A stretch of DNA of 52,976 nt, counting the filler, from Streblomastix strix (taxonomy: Eukaryota), in NCBI GenBank assembly GCA_008636045.1. It is 2 parts of 2 records of this genome, joined end to end, with 100 filler letters (N's around TTAATTAATTAA, not from the genome) between each part and the next. Parts side by side here need not be neighbours in the genome. Positions count along the whole stretch, not along the records: positions 26,576 to 52,976 come from SNRW01000166.1; 1 more part is not named here. One strand, 5' to 3'. Both the position numbers and the translations under genes were made by a program. The first letter of the stretch is position 1, and the number at the start of each line of letters is the position of its first letter. Of the stretch, positions 38,230 to 50,200 are shown in pieces. The notes under the pieces are model-generated. The model was not told where the DNA came from, ran no database searches, and was given only the letters and a program-made list of their open reading frames with translations.

Positions 38230-39200
38230 GGACAGAAAAGCGAGTCGCTCTTTAGAGATTCAATTGAATCGTATAGAGCAACTCATGAAGCTATTAAAAA
38301 CTCTATCTCCTGGTTCTAAAAAGATGGGGATGATATCGTTAAACGTTGAGACTCATTTTTTCCTTCTAGGCAAGTTAATTAATAACATCAACATAGCTCA
38401 AAAATCTCCAATTTACCTATATCACCGTCCAAAACTTAATTGGATGGCTCAGAAATAGGAAATTTTCACACGCAACTGTATTTTGATGTAAAAGAGCCTC
38501 ATCAATCCTTCTAATAGCAAATGGACACTCAGAAAACAAAATATATAATAGAAACACGATTAATGCAGTGAAAATTGATAGAAGAAAAACAGCCAAACAA
38601 GTTAAAGAGAAAATTACATATGATGTTAACGTAGTCCTGAATCACATTTAGTTGTAATTTACTCACATAGATTAATTGACAGAAATCGAAATAGAATCGA
38701 TAACTTTCACCATAATAATGGCATAAACTGCGAGGAGACTAGCTGAAATATCAAGAGCTACCTTAGATCTTGAGTCAATCAAAACAGATACAATTAATAT
38801 CAACACTGAGATAATGAATGTAGGAAGCTGTCCAGTAATAATATCTCTTCATCAGTTTAATGATGAACGCTTATGTCATGTATAATGGTTCAAACGATGG
38901 TGGCACTACTAAGAGTCAAGAAGTGATAGTGGTGAAATTATTTGGGGGAATGTTATAAAAGGACGCACAACTACTCTCGATTATTGTTCGAGACTTATTA
39001 AATAAGTTTTAGCTGCTGTAGGTATCTATACAAAGCTGAGAATAACTTAGTTAAGATCAGCTTCAATCACTAAAGTAATGAACTTACGTGCTCCATAATA
39101 TGCTGTTAACGCTTGGTGCATCCATTTAGAAACTGCAAAGTCAATGCAAAAATACTATTATAAGAGCAACAATTTACTCGTCTCATAGATGCTTCTAAGA
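38230..39200 (+). pseudogene. DIRS tyrosine recombinase
   Basis: TARRLAEISR (catalytic R), LCHVQWF (CPV-like), ITQLRSASITK (HxxR with H changed to Q), AWCIH...MQKYYY (nucleophile Tyr region). Confidence 0.8.
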
Positions 39201-39990
39201 ACAGGATAGATCAATAGCTATTTTTCAACTACGAGCACTCAATACAACGTGGCTCGTTTGTATGAGCCTGTTGGTTTGCTACATAATCAGCTTTAGCTGG
39301 TTATACGACTTAAACAACGGAACGTAGTACAAACGAGCATCGTTACTCACCCATATATAATAATATAATATTAATATTATTTATAATGTTTAATAATATT
39401 AAAAATAATTTATTAATTTATTTAATATTATATATCCCACCCTTTGATTTGGACAACAGAAATGATCACGAATAATAAAATTGGTCAACAACTTAGGGAT
39501 AAAACAAGTAAATTTAATATGCGACGCATGTCAAAAGAAATCGAGACTTCAACGTTAAATTTAGACATAAGCCGCGTAAATAACAAAGAAGTTGCAAATA
39601 TAGCATAACAGGGACTTCTTTTCTTTTTAAAGGAGGGTATCGCCCTACAAAATTTGAAGTAAAAAAAGAAAATCGTAATGATTTTGGTTCAATTATTTTA
39701 TATTTTACAAACCACTTCATATTATGTCACTTGGATTAACCTTTTGGCTGATCCCGTTGGCTCTTGGCACTCAATGCAACGATGCTCGTTTGCGCAACAC
39801 TCTGTTGTTTAGCTTATTTAAATGTAATATAAATAGTTCTAATAATAATTTTAAAATGATGATGCTGATAAGTATAATAAAGATATTGATGATCAAAATG
39901 GAATTAATTATATAATATTTGAATCGCTCGGAAAAAGACAACAAAAGTGTTGGAAGCTTTATTAAACAAACTTAAATTATTTCTGACATA

Positions 39991-40809
39991 TTCATATGGA
40001 AGTGTTCATTCACAGACAACCCACAAGTTTTTTTATTTCAAATTATTTAAAATATTTTATATATCAAATATTGGGGTTACAAATTTTAGGATTTGCTTCC
40101 GGCGTCAAAAATGCTAAAAAAATTAATTCGGATATTTTCCCTAAAATTTATCATATTATTCTACAATTTTCATTTAAAACATTTAATTTTAATTTTGCAA
40201 TCTAATTACGACGCATTTCGAAAGCATTTTACGGCCAGCATTGCAGAAAATGGATTTTTCTATTTAACAAATTTTTACTCAAATCAGAGTTTTTTATTCA
40301 TATTTTTAATTTTGTATTATTATAAATAATTCTTATTAATATTTTACTAAAATTTAAATTTTATAATTATACACATGTTCCGAAAAAATATTACATTTAT
40401 TTTTATTATCAAAATTTGCCCGTTAGATGAAAGAAAAGAATAATTTGTGTATTTAAAATTATGTAAAATTATATTTATTAATAAAAATTATGAAAATCAG
40501 ACGATAAAAGTAGTTGAGTAGATGAATAACTGTAAAAATAAAAAATTCCTTTTTCTGAGATGCTGTCGGTAAAATGTTTTCGAAATGCGTCGTAATGAGA
40601 CTGTAAAATTAAATTTAAATGTTTTAAATAGAAATTATAGAATAATATGACATATTTTAGGCAAAATATCTGAACTATTTTTTTAGTTTTTTTGACTAAG
40701 GAGGCAAATCCTAAAATTGCAACTCCAACAATTGATATAAAAAATATTTTAAATAATTTGAAATAAAAAAATCCAAGGGTGTTGTACTGAATGGGCACAC
40801 CCACATGAA
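39991..40809. mobile_element. Foldback / long-TIR non-autonomous element (~320-bp arms), Mutator-like architecture
   Basis: 39991-~40310 is a diverged reverse complement of ~40480-40809, e.g. attacgacgcatttcgaaa vs tttcgaaatgcgtcgtaat. No TSD was recognised. Confidence 0.8.
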
Positions 40810-41050
40810 GGATTTTTTAAGATAAATTTGATAACTTTATAATCATATCACCTCTTCTTCATATTAATTGTATTGATTATTTAAATTGTAATAAACTAAT
40901 ATCTCTTCCATAATCCGAAGTGTTGGCAACGTTGCATTTTACTGTTTTAATTATTTTTTTCACACAGCAGATATATTTGAATAATAAAAAATGTTGCAAT
41001 TATTTTAAAATGAAGATATTTTGTAGCATTTGAATATTTAACTAATAACA

Positions 41051-41807
41051 AATGTATATAATAATTTTTAAAATAATAAGATAATCAAATAGAATTACTC
41101 AAGACAATTTTATGAATTAAACACTGCTTTTACATCAATTTCTTCACAAATACAAACTTTTCTTTACGAAATCTGCTTGCAAATTCAATCTTAAAGAATT
41201 AATTGATTATATTATTCTTTTAAAGAATTATTTCTCATTCCAAATTTTTTCAATTCATTAATAATTCTTATAAAATATCATCGAAATAGATAAGAAATAA
41301 ATAATTAATAAGAAAATGTTATTATTTAAATAATAATTTTAAGCATAATTATTATATAACATATATATTACTAAAATTTGAAGAATAATCATGAATTAAT
41401 TATTAATAATGAGCTAATTTTTAAAAAAAAGGATTTATTAAATCTATAAGTGATGGAGGAGCATATTTAAAGAAAACTATAATATCATACATTCTTCATT
41501 AAAATTTATAATTTTAATCTTTCAATTAAGCGAAACATTTGAATTTTATACCACATTCAGTAAACGAAAAGAATTAAAGATTATTGAAGAGTAATTCGAA
41601 GATGAAGGATTAATAGAAGAGATTTAAACTTAAATATATAATGGAAATGATAATAATATAAGAGATATAACATAAATGGCAACTTTAATATAAAACGAAA
41701 TAATAAAACTATTTTAAGATCGATTAAATAGAATTATAAGAATTTTATATTAATTTGCTGAAGATGTTGAGGATGTAGATGATGATCTTTTATTTTATGA
41801 TTTTTGA
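41051..41807 (+). pseudogene. Decayed member of a host helical-repeat gene family
   Basis: Fragments such as IEEQFEDEGLIEEIQTQIYNGNDNNIRDITQMATLIQNEIINYF and an acidic end; frames are broken. Confidence 0.35.
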
Positions 41808-42277
41808 TTATTTTATATCTAATTTGACAACTTTAATGTTATTTATTATCATGAAAATAAATCAATTAAATTAAATGTTATATAGTAGAACTTGTTCGAA
41901 ATTATATTGTGTATATGATAATTTATTAGAATTTTATTACTTTAAATAATATTTAATTCATCCATTGCCAGAGAATAGAGCTCACAACTACTTTTTCATT
42001 TATTTAACCGTCTAGTTCACCAATATCAAATAAATATATCTAATTATATTAACTATAATATTTAATAACATTTATTATTTAATTGGAGTATGATTACATA
42101 GTTTTTAATATGAAAAAAAATATTTTATTTTTCACAACTTTTTCACTATAAATTCTGCTTAATTTATAAAATAATATCTTATTATTTATAAATAAATACA
42201 TATACATTCATTATTTCTCACTATTTAAATAATTTTCATTATTTTACCTATCGTATAATTAGTTTTTATAAAAGAAG

Positions 42278-45200
42278 ATGAATTACTATGAATTGGGCTT
42301 CATGATTTTTGTTTCAAGTGGTGCACTTACATATTATTATTGGAGAAACCCGAAAATGAAGATTAAATTGTTGCGTGCAGTTGCTAACATATTGTACAAA
42401 CTTCATTTGCCAGCAGCACTAAGCGCATACACCTCAAACTCCCTTGCAGTGACTATGCTGAACACTGATCGCCTCTTTTCAGTTATTTAGAAAGATTCTA
42501 AATTTGCTGCTTTAGCCTCTGAATTCATAAGATAAACTACTATGCTTGCTGATATTACTCCGCCAATCACATATTTCTCTCCATCTCCAGGCATTGTCAT
42601 GTCAGTCTGTCTTTCATGTACGACAATAACATTTCTTTTTCTTTTTTTATAATAAAAAAATTTATTAATTTCTTTTTTATATTTCATCTAACAGAAAATT
42701 CGAGATCATATTCCATTGACTTTCCCATTTCATCAGCCATATCCATGGATATTATTGCATCCTACACAATCTTCATTACAAGATTAAGGAAGAAATACAA
42801 ATAAGCTTTAGATTAGAATGATTTAAGCACAGAAATACAATACCAAGCCCTGTGGGATTTATTAACGCAAGGCGAAGACATAGAAAAAGATAATGTAGAT
42901 AGATTGAATATGAAGAATATTATTGGATTAAATGGTATGATATCAATTATTTTAATTTTAATTATTTTGTATTTATCCCAAAATTATATCCATTTATTAG
43001 AAATTGACTTTGAAAGAAACAAATGTCTTAGTCTAGATCTGATATTGTAATTTGTAACAGAGTATGGAGATGATGCAAAAGCTATTCTTTGTTTAGCTAT
43101 GGGGATATAAAATGAAGAAATAAATAAATAAAATAAAATAGAAAAAGAAAAAGAAAAAAATGATGAAAAATTAAATGTGATTCAATTAACCAATCCAATT
43201 TCTAATTCAATTGCTAATTCTAAACAAATAGGATCGCCACAATCTGGAAATTAATAACAATTCTCTTTGTAATTACCATCTTCTCAAATTAATTCATAAT
43301 ATGCTGTTCCAGCAAATTCTCCTCAATCTTCTCCAAGATAGTTTCTTAAAGCACAATTTTCAATTTCCTCTACAATTAAGTAGTTACGCAATTAACAGTT
43401 GGAAAATGTATGTGAATGTATTTGAATGTGTTTAGTAGTATATAATTTGTAATTTATAAGCAAATTAAACAATATTCAACATTTTTTAAATCAAAATTTA
43501 TTTCATTTTTTTATTTATTTTTATGATTATTTAAAACAGTTGCAACGAGGTTTCTCCTTCATAAACTTATGTAATTCAGCAATTGATGCAATTATGTCAT
43601 AGATTGATTCTCCGATAATGAGACAATTCATGATTTCATACATAGCTCATTAACCTAATGGTATGCTATTATTTATTATTATAATTAGATAAAAATTTAT
43701 ATATAAAAATTAAATAACTTAAATAGGATAAATTTATAGGGGAAAATTTAAAATTTTCTACAATTTTAATTAATTTTTTAATTTAATATATTCAGTTATT
43801 CGACACTTCCGAGAAAAAGTATCAATATATACAAAATATTTGATGGAAGAAGAAAAAAAATACAAATAATAGATAAAAAAAATGAAAGAGAAAGAAAAAA
43901 AAGCAGAAAATGAAAAAAATATAAAGAAACCATTGAAAGAATAATGGAATGAAATCAAAATAAAGATTAAAGAATGGATGAAGAAGAGAGAAGAAGAAAA
44001 TAAATTGATAAAAGAATAGAAAATAAGAATGAAGAAATTCAAAAAAGTTTTGATTGAGATGAAAAGAATTGAAAAAGAAGAAAAGAAAATGATTTAATAG
44101 TAAAAGAAAATGAAGTTAGAAAGAGAGAGAAAGAAAAAAGATGAAAAATCGTAAACCATAATTAAGAAAAATATTCAAGAAAGTAATGAAAACAAATAAG
44201 TTTCAGATAATAATGCAAAATTAAATAAAAAGAAAAAAAAGAAAAAGAAAAAGAAGAAGAAAAATATAATTAATAATTTAGATGAAAAACAAATTCAAAA
44301 GGAATAATTAAAAGAAAAAGTATCATTATTTGATAATGATAACATGAATTATCTGAAATAGTAAGATGAAAAACTTGAAACTTAAAAGAAAAAAGGGAAA
44401 AAGAACAAGAAGAAAAATAATAAAATAAAATAAGAATTGAACCCGTTATTAAAAGAAGAATATGACACTGACATTGAAGTAAAAATAGAAAATAATGAAG
44501 AACTTATTAGCCCATTACAACCCCAGCAAACTTTTTATGAATAATCTGTAGAAGGCTCTTCATCATATATTCCTCCAATGTCATTCATTCATCGAGCTCC
44601 AATAAGTTAGCCTGCATACACACAGGCCAGAGGAAGAAGAAGAGATCTGTATGACTGGATACACACTCATCCCCAATTACAAGTCCTGAGATTTGAATAA
44701 GATAATAATCAGGAATAATCGAAATAAAAGTAGAATAATAATTCAAATGATAACATTTAAAAAGAAAAGGGGAAAGGGAAAGGAAAAGGAAAGATGAAAG
44801 AATAAACAAAACCAGTTATTGTTCAACCATTGGTATAGATGATGACTCTGTCCAAATTAGTTGACGTAGTTGCAAATAAAGAGAAAGAATAAGAAAATAA
44901 GAATAGCAAAGAAAATAATAATAATGAGGATAATGTATTATAGAATAAATAAAATTAAAGCGATTATAATTCAAATTCATAGCAATAATCCCAATTATCT
45001 TCATCATCTCATTATTCCCTTCATTCCACACTTCCATTTTACCCACCACCACCATCATTTCCCATTTAAATACCATATCCTCTCTATCCAAATGAAGATC
45101 CACATAGATCTTTCATTTCTCTAGACTTAATTTAGTCTGAATTTAAGCAGTTGATTTTGAAGATGCTTAGATGGCTTATTATTAATGGGGCAATAGCTTG

Positions 45201-46561
45201 GCTGCAGAAATGTAAGAAAGGAGTTTAGATTATGAGTTCGAGAAATGAAGAAAGATAAATAATGCCAAAATTGTATTTTAAAGATGAATAAACTGGAAAT
45301 AATAATAAGAAGAAGAAAGAAAAATCAATAAGGCCAGAATTGGAACTTTATTTTGATGATGATACTAAAAATGAGGAAAATAAAGAAAATTAAAATGAAA
45401 ACTAAAATAATGATAAATTAAAATTGGATAATAAAGCACAAGTATCTTTATCAAATAATACCCAAGTAAATTCACTATTCAACTTTAAATAATCATATTC
45501 ACAATCAAATCCTCCTCGTTAATTATCATTCTCTTAGACTACACACTCATCTCCTTTATTGTCTTAATCTTCTCCAATATCTCATCTTCAATTACTATAA
45601 AGACATTAAAATAAACAATCAAATTTCTTACATTTTAATGGATTTAATCAACAATATAGAAACACTTTACCTTCTAATAGCAGTTCTCCTTAATATCATT
45701 ATCGCTCTTATTCATACTCATTTTCTGCACCATTACATTATTCCTCCACTTCATAGTCTAATTCTTCTAATTAATTACAATAATTATCTTATTCCTTTTC
45801 TGATTCATAGTTTTAATAATTTTAGTAATAATAATAACTTTAACCATAATCAGTTAATCCAAAGTTTGATGAATTTATATAAAGTTTGCACTTAATATTT
45901 AAATAATTCTTTTCTCTATTAATTTTATGAAAAATTAAAAAATGTTATTTTATTTATGTTTATTTTTCATATTTTCAATTCAGACTTCATGGTCGATAAG
46001 CTTTCTGAACTTCTTAGAAAGGGAGTTAAAATTAAATCTTAATTTTACAGTGACAATCTTGTGTTTAACAGTGAATATTCATCATAACTGCTTATTGAAT
46101 AAATGAGAAAGCTACTTTCTCAATCAAATGAATTTGAAAATAAACATTAAATTAATGATTAATGTTCAGAATATGGAAATTAAGAAAATGAATTAGAATA
46201 AGAATTAACAAAAGAAAAAGAAAAAATAGATAATTTTGAGAAATCAGGTTGTATTGAATATAGAAAAGATAATAATGAAACTTTGTTTTCAAATAATGAT
46301 GAAGACTTTAAAACTGGTCATATTGAGTCTGAATTGACTAATCTACAATCCAGAGTGAACTTCCTTCAGTCCAAACTTCTGTAAATATCTAAAAAACGAT
46401 TATAAGCTCAACTTGTCACTACATTAGAAACTCCACAAGAACGCACAGCAGCTCGGGCGCAAGGGAGACGAAGAATTTTTTTCGGTCGAGCACTGGGCAT
46501 TTGGGGTGGATATGATGTTCCAATTCCCAAGAGTGAGAGTGCATTTCCAGTCAAATCATGA
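42278..46561 (+). CDS. Spliced host gene of unknown function: N-terminal hydrophobic segment and long K/E/Q/S-rich regions
   Basis: ATG at 42278. The code-6 frame is kept across five GT-AG introns (~42618-42694, 42935-43000, 43408-43538, 43661-43795, 45884-45982) and ends at ...GRALGIWGGYDVPIPKSESAFPVKS TGA 46559-46561. Confidence 0.75.
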
Positions 46562-47211
46562 TTTAGGTTTAAACTTGAGTAATGTAATATTTAATAAATA
46601 AATTATATGGAATAATAATGCTTGAATTTGAATTTTATATTCTTCAGTAATATATTAATTAATAGTATGTAAATAAACATACTTTTGAAAATATAGAAGA
46701 AGCTTATGATAAGTGGAAAATTTTTAGGCTAAAAATGGAACTTAGCATTTTTATCCTTAATTTATTTTTCAAATTCAATATTTAAGGTAAATTTCATGAT
46801 TATATATCTAATTCTCTCAGATTATTTAATATTATCAAATTTTAGTTTTGTTTTTGCATTGTTCAGAATTTTTTTATTCTTCGATCTATAATAACTTACC
46901 CACCCAAACTATTCTTATATTGAGTAATTAATCAATCAAATAAAAATAATTATCTTTAATTTGTTTGACTTTTTTTTAAATACATTAAATATAAAGCATA
47001 TAAACTTAATTTAATTTTTTTAATTTTTTAATTTTCGTTTTTTAACAACTATTTACTTTAAATATTTACTTTTTATACAATTTTTATTTATAATTATGTA
47101 TTTGTGCATTAATCCAGGGAATAAACTTAATTTTTTTATTTTTATTTATTATTTTTCTTTAATTTATTAAAAACCTACATTTATTTTAATATCCCATATA
47201 GAACTTTAAAC

Positions 47212-50200
47212 ATGGCGTTATAAGAACTTGTCATGCACGGTGATGTAAGTGAAGCTCTTATTAATCGAGTTTAACGTGGTGCGGCTGCATTTGAAGCCTA
47301 ATTACATAATATTTTTACTTATGGAAGAGAAGATAACCAGTTTCTTATAAATTATTCGTAAAGTGAAGCTATTGAGATTTTTAATTGATCTAAGGAAATT
47401 TTGAATTAGTAAATTGAATTTATTTTAGAAATTATGGTTTATCAAATAGCGCAAACTTAAAAGTCAGATTATAAAGAACATGTATGACAAAAATATTTTC
47501 AATATTTATTACTCATTATTGTTTTAGAACAATACCAATGTAAAACAATTGAATGACACTCTGAAATACCTCAATGTTAAAGATCGGGCAAATGAAAAGA
47601 TAATCTTTGATCTGCAATTTGTATTAGATTCAAGAGAAAGAAAGCATTCTGAAATTGAAAAACAATATGAGAAAGAAATTTCTGTTCTTCGTGAACAGGT
47701 TTTCTAGAAATTTCGGCTTGGGGATCCATATTAAGCAGGCAACTTTGATTAAATGAATGCCAAGTCATTTCTTTCTGATCTTTTAGGAAAAGAGTTTAAT
47801 CCCGAAGATACCATAGAATAAATAGCAAAGAAAGTTAAAATTGCATTTGATAATATGAAAAAAGATTTTTAAGAAGAAAAATAGGAATTATAAAATCGAA
47901 TGTAAAAGTAGATCGATGATGGTTTATTTAATATAAAATGCTGATTAATTTTAATATAATTCATTTAAATATTCAATTATCATTAAAATAAATATATTCA
48001 TATTAATCTGTTTATATTAATTAATATTATAAATAGGTGATATGGAAATAAAGATGCTTCGTATGTATTGTGAACGTCTAAAGAAAGAAGTTGAAGATAT
48101 GAAAGAGAAAGAACGTAGTTTAATTGAAGTGCAACGTGATTAAATGAATTAATTGTATAATATTATTATAAATTTTATTATCCATTTATGATTTTGATTA
48201 TTATGATTAAATAAATTTATTTTAATGACTTGATTTTTAAAATTTATAAACATTTTTTTACGTATTCTTTTCTATTTATTTGTTTGTTTTATATGAAATA
48301 GACGTTAAGCTGAAAACAGGATCAAAGACCTTCAAGGCCTTGGTGAGACAAGAGGACGAATAAAATAGCTGGAAAATGATAAACTTGATTTATTGACTGA
48401 AAGAGATAATCTAAAAAAAGAAATAGAAAGATTAATGAAAGAGAATGAAATGGAATCATCAAGATCAGAATCACTGAGTAGTAGAATAAAGAGGCTGAAA
48501 GAAATGGGGATTGGAGATGGTGAAAATAATGGGAAATCGCCCAGAATTAATTTGTTGATGGGGAATGAACTTATTAACAAGACATATTAATCTAAAGAAA
48601 CAGAAACTGAACTATAAGCAAAAGATATATAGGGTTTAGATTAGATTTAAAACATGGTTCAGATCTAAAAAAATGAATGGAAATTTATGTAGGAAAGATT
48701 ATAATCAATGACTGATGAAAAAGTTGCTTTGGAAAAAATGCTTAGAATGAAAGAATCTGCTGGAGTGCTTGGAAATATGAATTAAAAATAATAAGATAAT
48801 TAAAGCTTAAATTAAAAGAAAGATGAATATTAGAAATAATAATAGATGAATATGTATGGAGATGCCATGATAGAAGTCAAAAAGAAAGAAGAATGGGAAA
48901 TTCAGAAATAGAATATGCAAAGGGAATTATACATTCAATCGTGCTAGAATGAGATACTTTAGAGGAAACTTCGACGTACTGAACTGAAAATGTAGTAAAA
49001 CGAAGAAAGCAAGTAAAATTAAGGAAAAGTTGGTTTAAGGTGGGAATTTGATCAAGATAAGCTTATGAAAGAAGAATAAGAATTGGAAAGGAGAGTAACT
49101 GCTGCGAGATTACTATGGGCTGGTTAAGGATATTAATGGAACAAAGATGGTAAATAATTTGAGCAAGATAATAAATAGGAGAAAAAATATGTAATCGATG
49201 AGTATGGATTTAGTGCTGAAGTAAAAGTTCGAAAAGATGAAATTGAATAAATGGATTAGAATGAAGGAGAATAAGAAAATGAATAGATTTTAGGGGCAAG
49301 ATGGTTGACTGGAGAAAAAAGGAAGGAAGTTGAAAAGAAAAAAAGAGAAAGTAAAATTCTTAGTGATATATAGAAATAAAATTAAAATGATGAAGAAAAT
49401 CAAAAGAAAAAAATCATTTCAGAAAAATAATAAAATGAAATTGATATTTAATTGAAGTAATAGAAGCAAAATGAGATTTAAGAAGATTTTAAAATATGGT
49501 AAAACGAATTCGGTAATTTCCTGAAAGAAGGGAATTCAGATAAGAAAAGAATTAAAGGAGAAATATTACTCCTTGGATATGATATGGGTGAATATGAATT
49601 TGAAGATGAGAAAGAAAAAGAAGATGAGAAAAGTAGTTATGTAGAAAAATAAGCTGAGACACCTAAAGTTGAAATTTAAATTATGACATCAAAGCCAATA
49701 AATGAGCCTCCATAGAAAAAAGAAACATTTCTCGATCGAGTTGAGCGTAAAGCGCGTGAAGCTTCAGTTAAAATCAGCCGAATGCGAGAAAGAATGGAAT
49801 TTGATGAAAAACGTAATATTGAGCTAGTGTTAGACGCAATTTCCGTTTTACTTTACACAACTTCAGATCCCGAACTTGAAAAGATATATAGAAATAAATT
49901 TGAACATTAACAATCTCATATTCTTCCAATTAACTAGCCTGAATATTCATAATTTGACAATAATATTGTTACCAACAATTTAATTAATAATAATATGTAA
50001 AATATCAATATTCGGTCTTCTTTATCAAATTAATCGGCATTTATTGAGAATAATTTATTGAATACAAGTGAATACTATAGTTCTAATCAATATAATAAGT
50101 TGCAATTTGAGAGACTTCAATAAATGGACAGGAATATAATGAAATAATTATAATCATAAAATTAATAGCAGTTATAACAAGCACAATAATAAGAATAACC

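Larger units (their letters stand above)
35005..39308 (+). mobile_element. DIRS-type tyrosine-recombinase retrotransposon, full length but decayed
   Basis: ~80-bp inverted terminal repeats (35005-35085 and 39227-39308) enclose gag-like, RT, RNase H, methyltransferase-like and YR regions in DIRS order. Confidence 0.9.

Noticed and set aside
8050..39200. General reassignment of TGA to Trp in the viral and transposon genes
   Set aside because: TGAs fall at expected Arg, Gly and Trp sites, co-occur with frameshifts and lost catalytic residues, TGG is used normally, and intact genes end in TGA.
33646..39500. Possible TIR pair enclosing the Tc1 remnant and the DIRS element
   Set aside because: The match (aagttggatcattttttttatt vs the reverse complement near 39470-39495) is short, gapped and AT-rich, with no clear TSD.
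39519..39985. Code-6 open frame after the DIRS element
   Set aside because: No recognisable motif, and frames of this length arise by chance when TGA is the only stop.
39996..40804. Paralogous ORFs at 39996 (+) and 40478-40804 (-)
   Set aside because: They are mirror translations of the two arms of an inverted repeat, with no protein-like signal.
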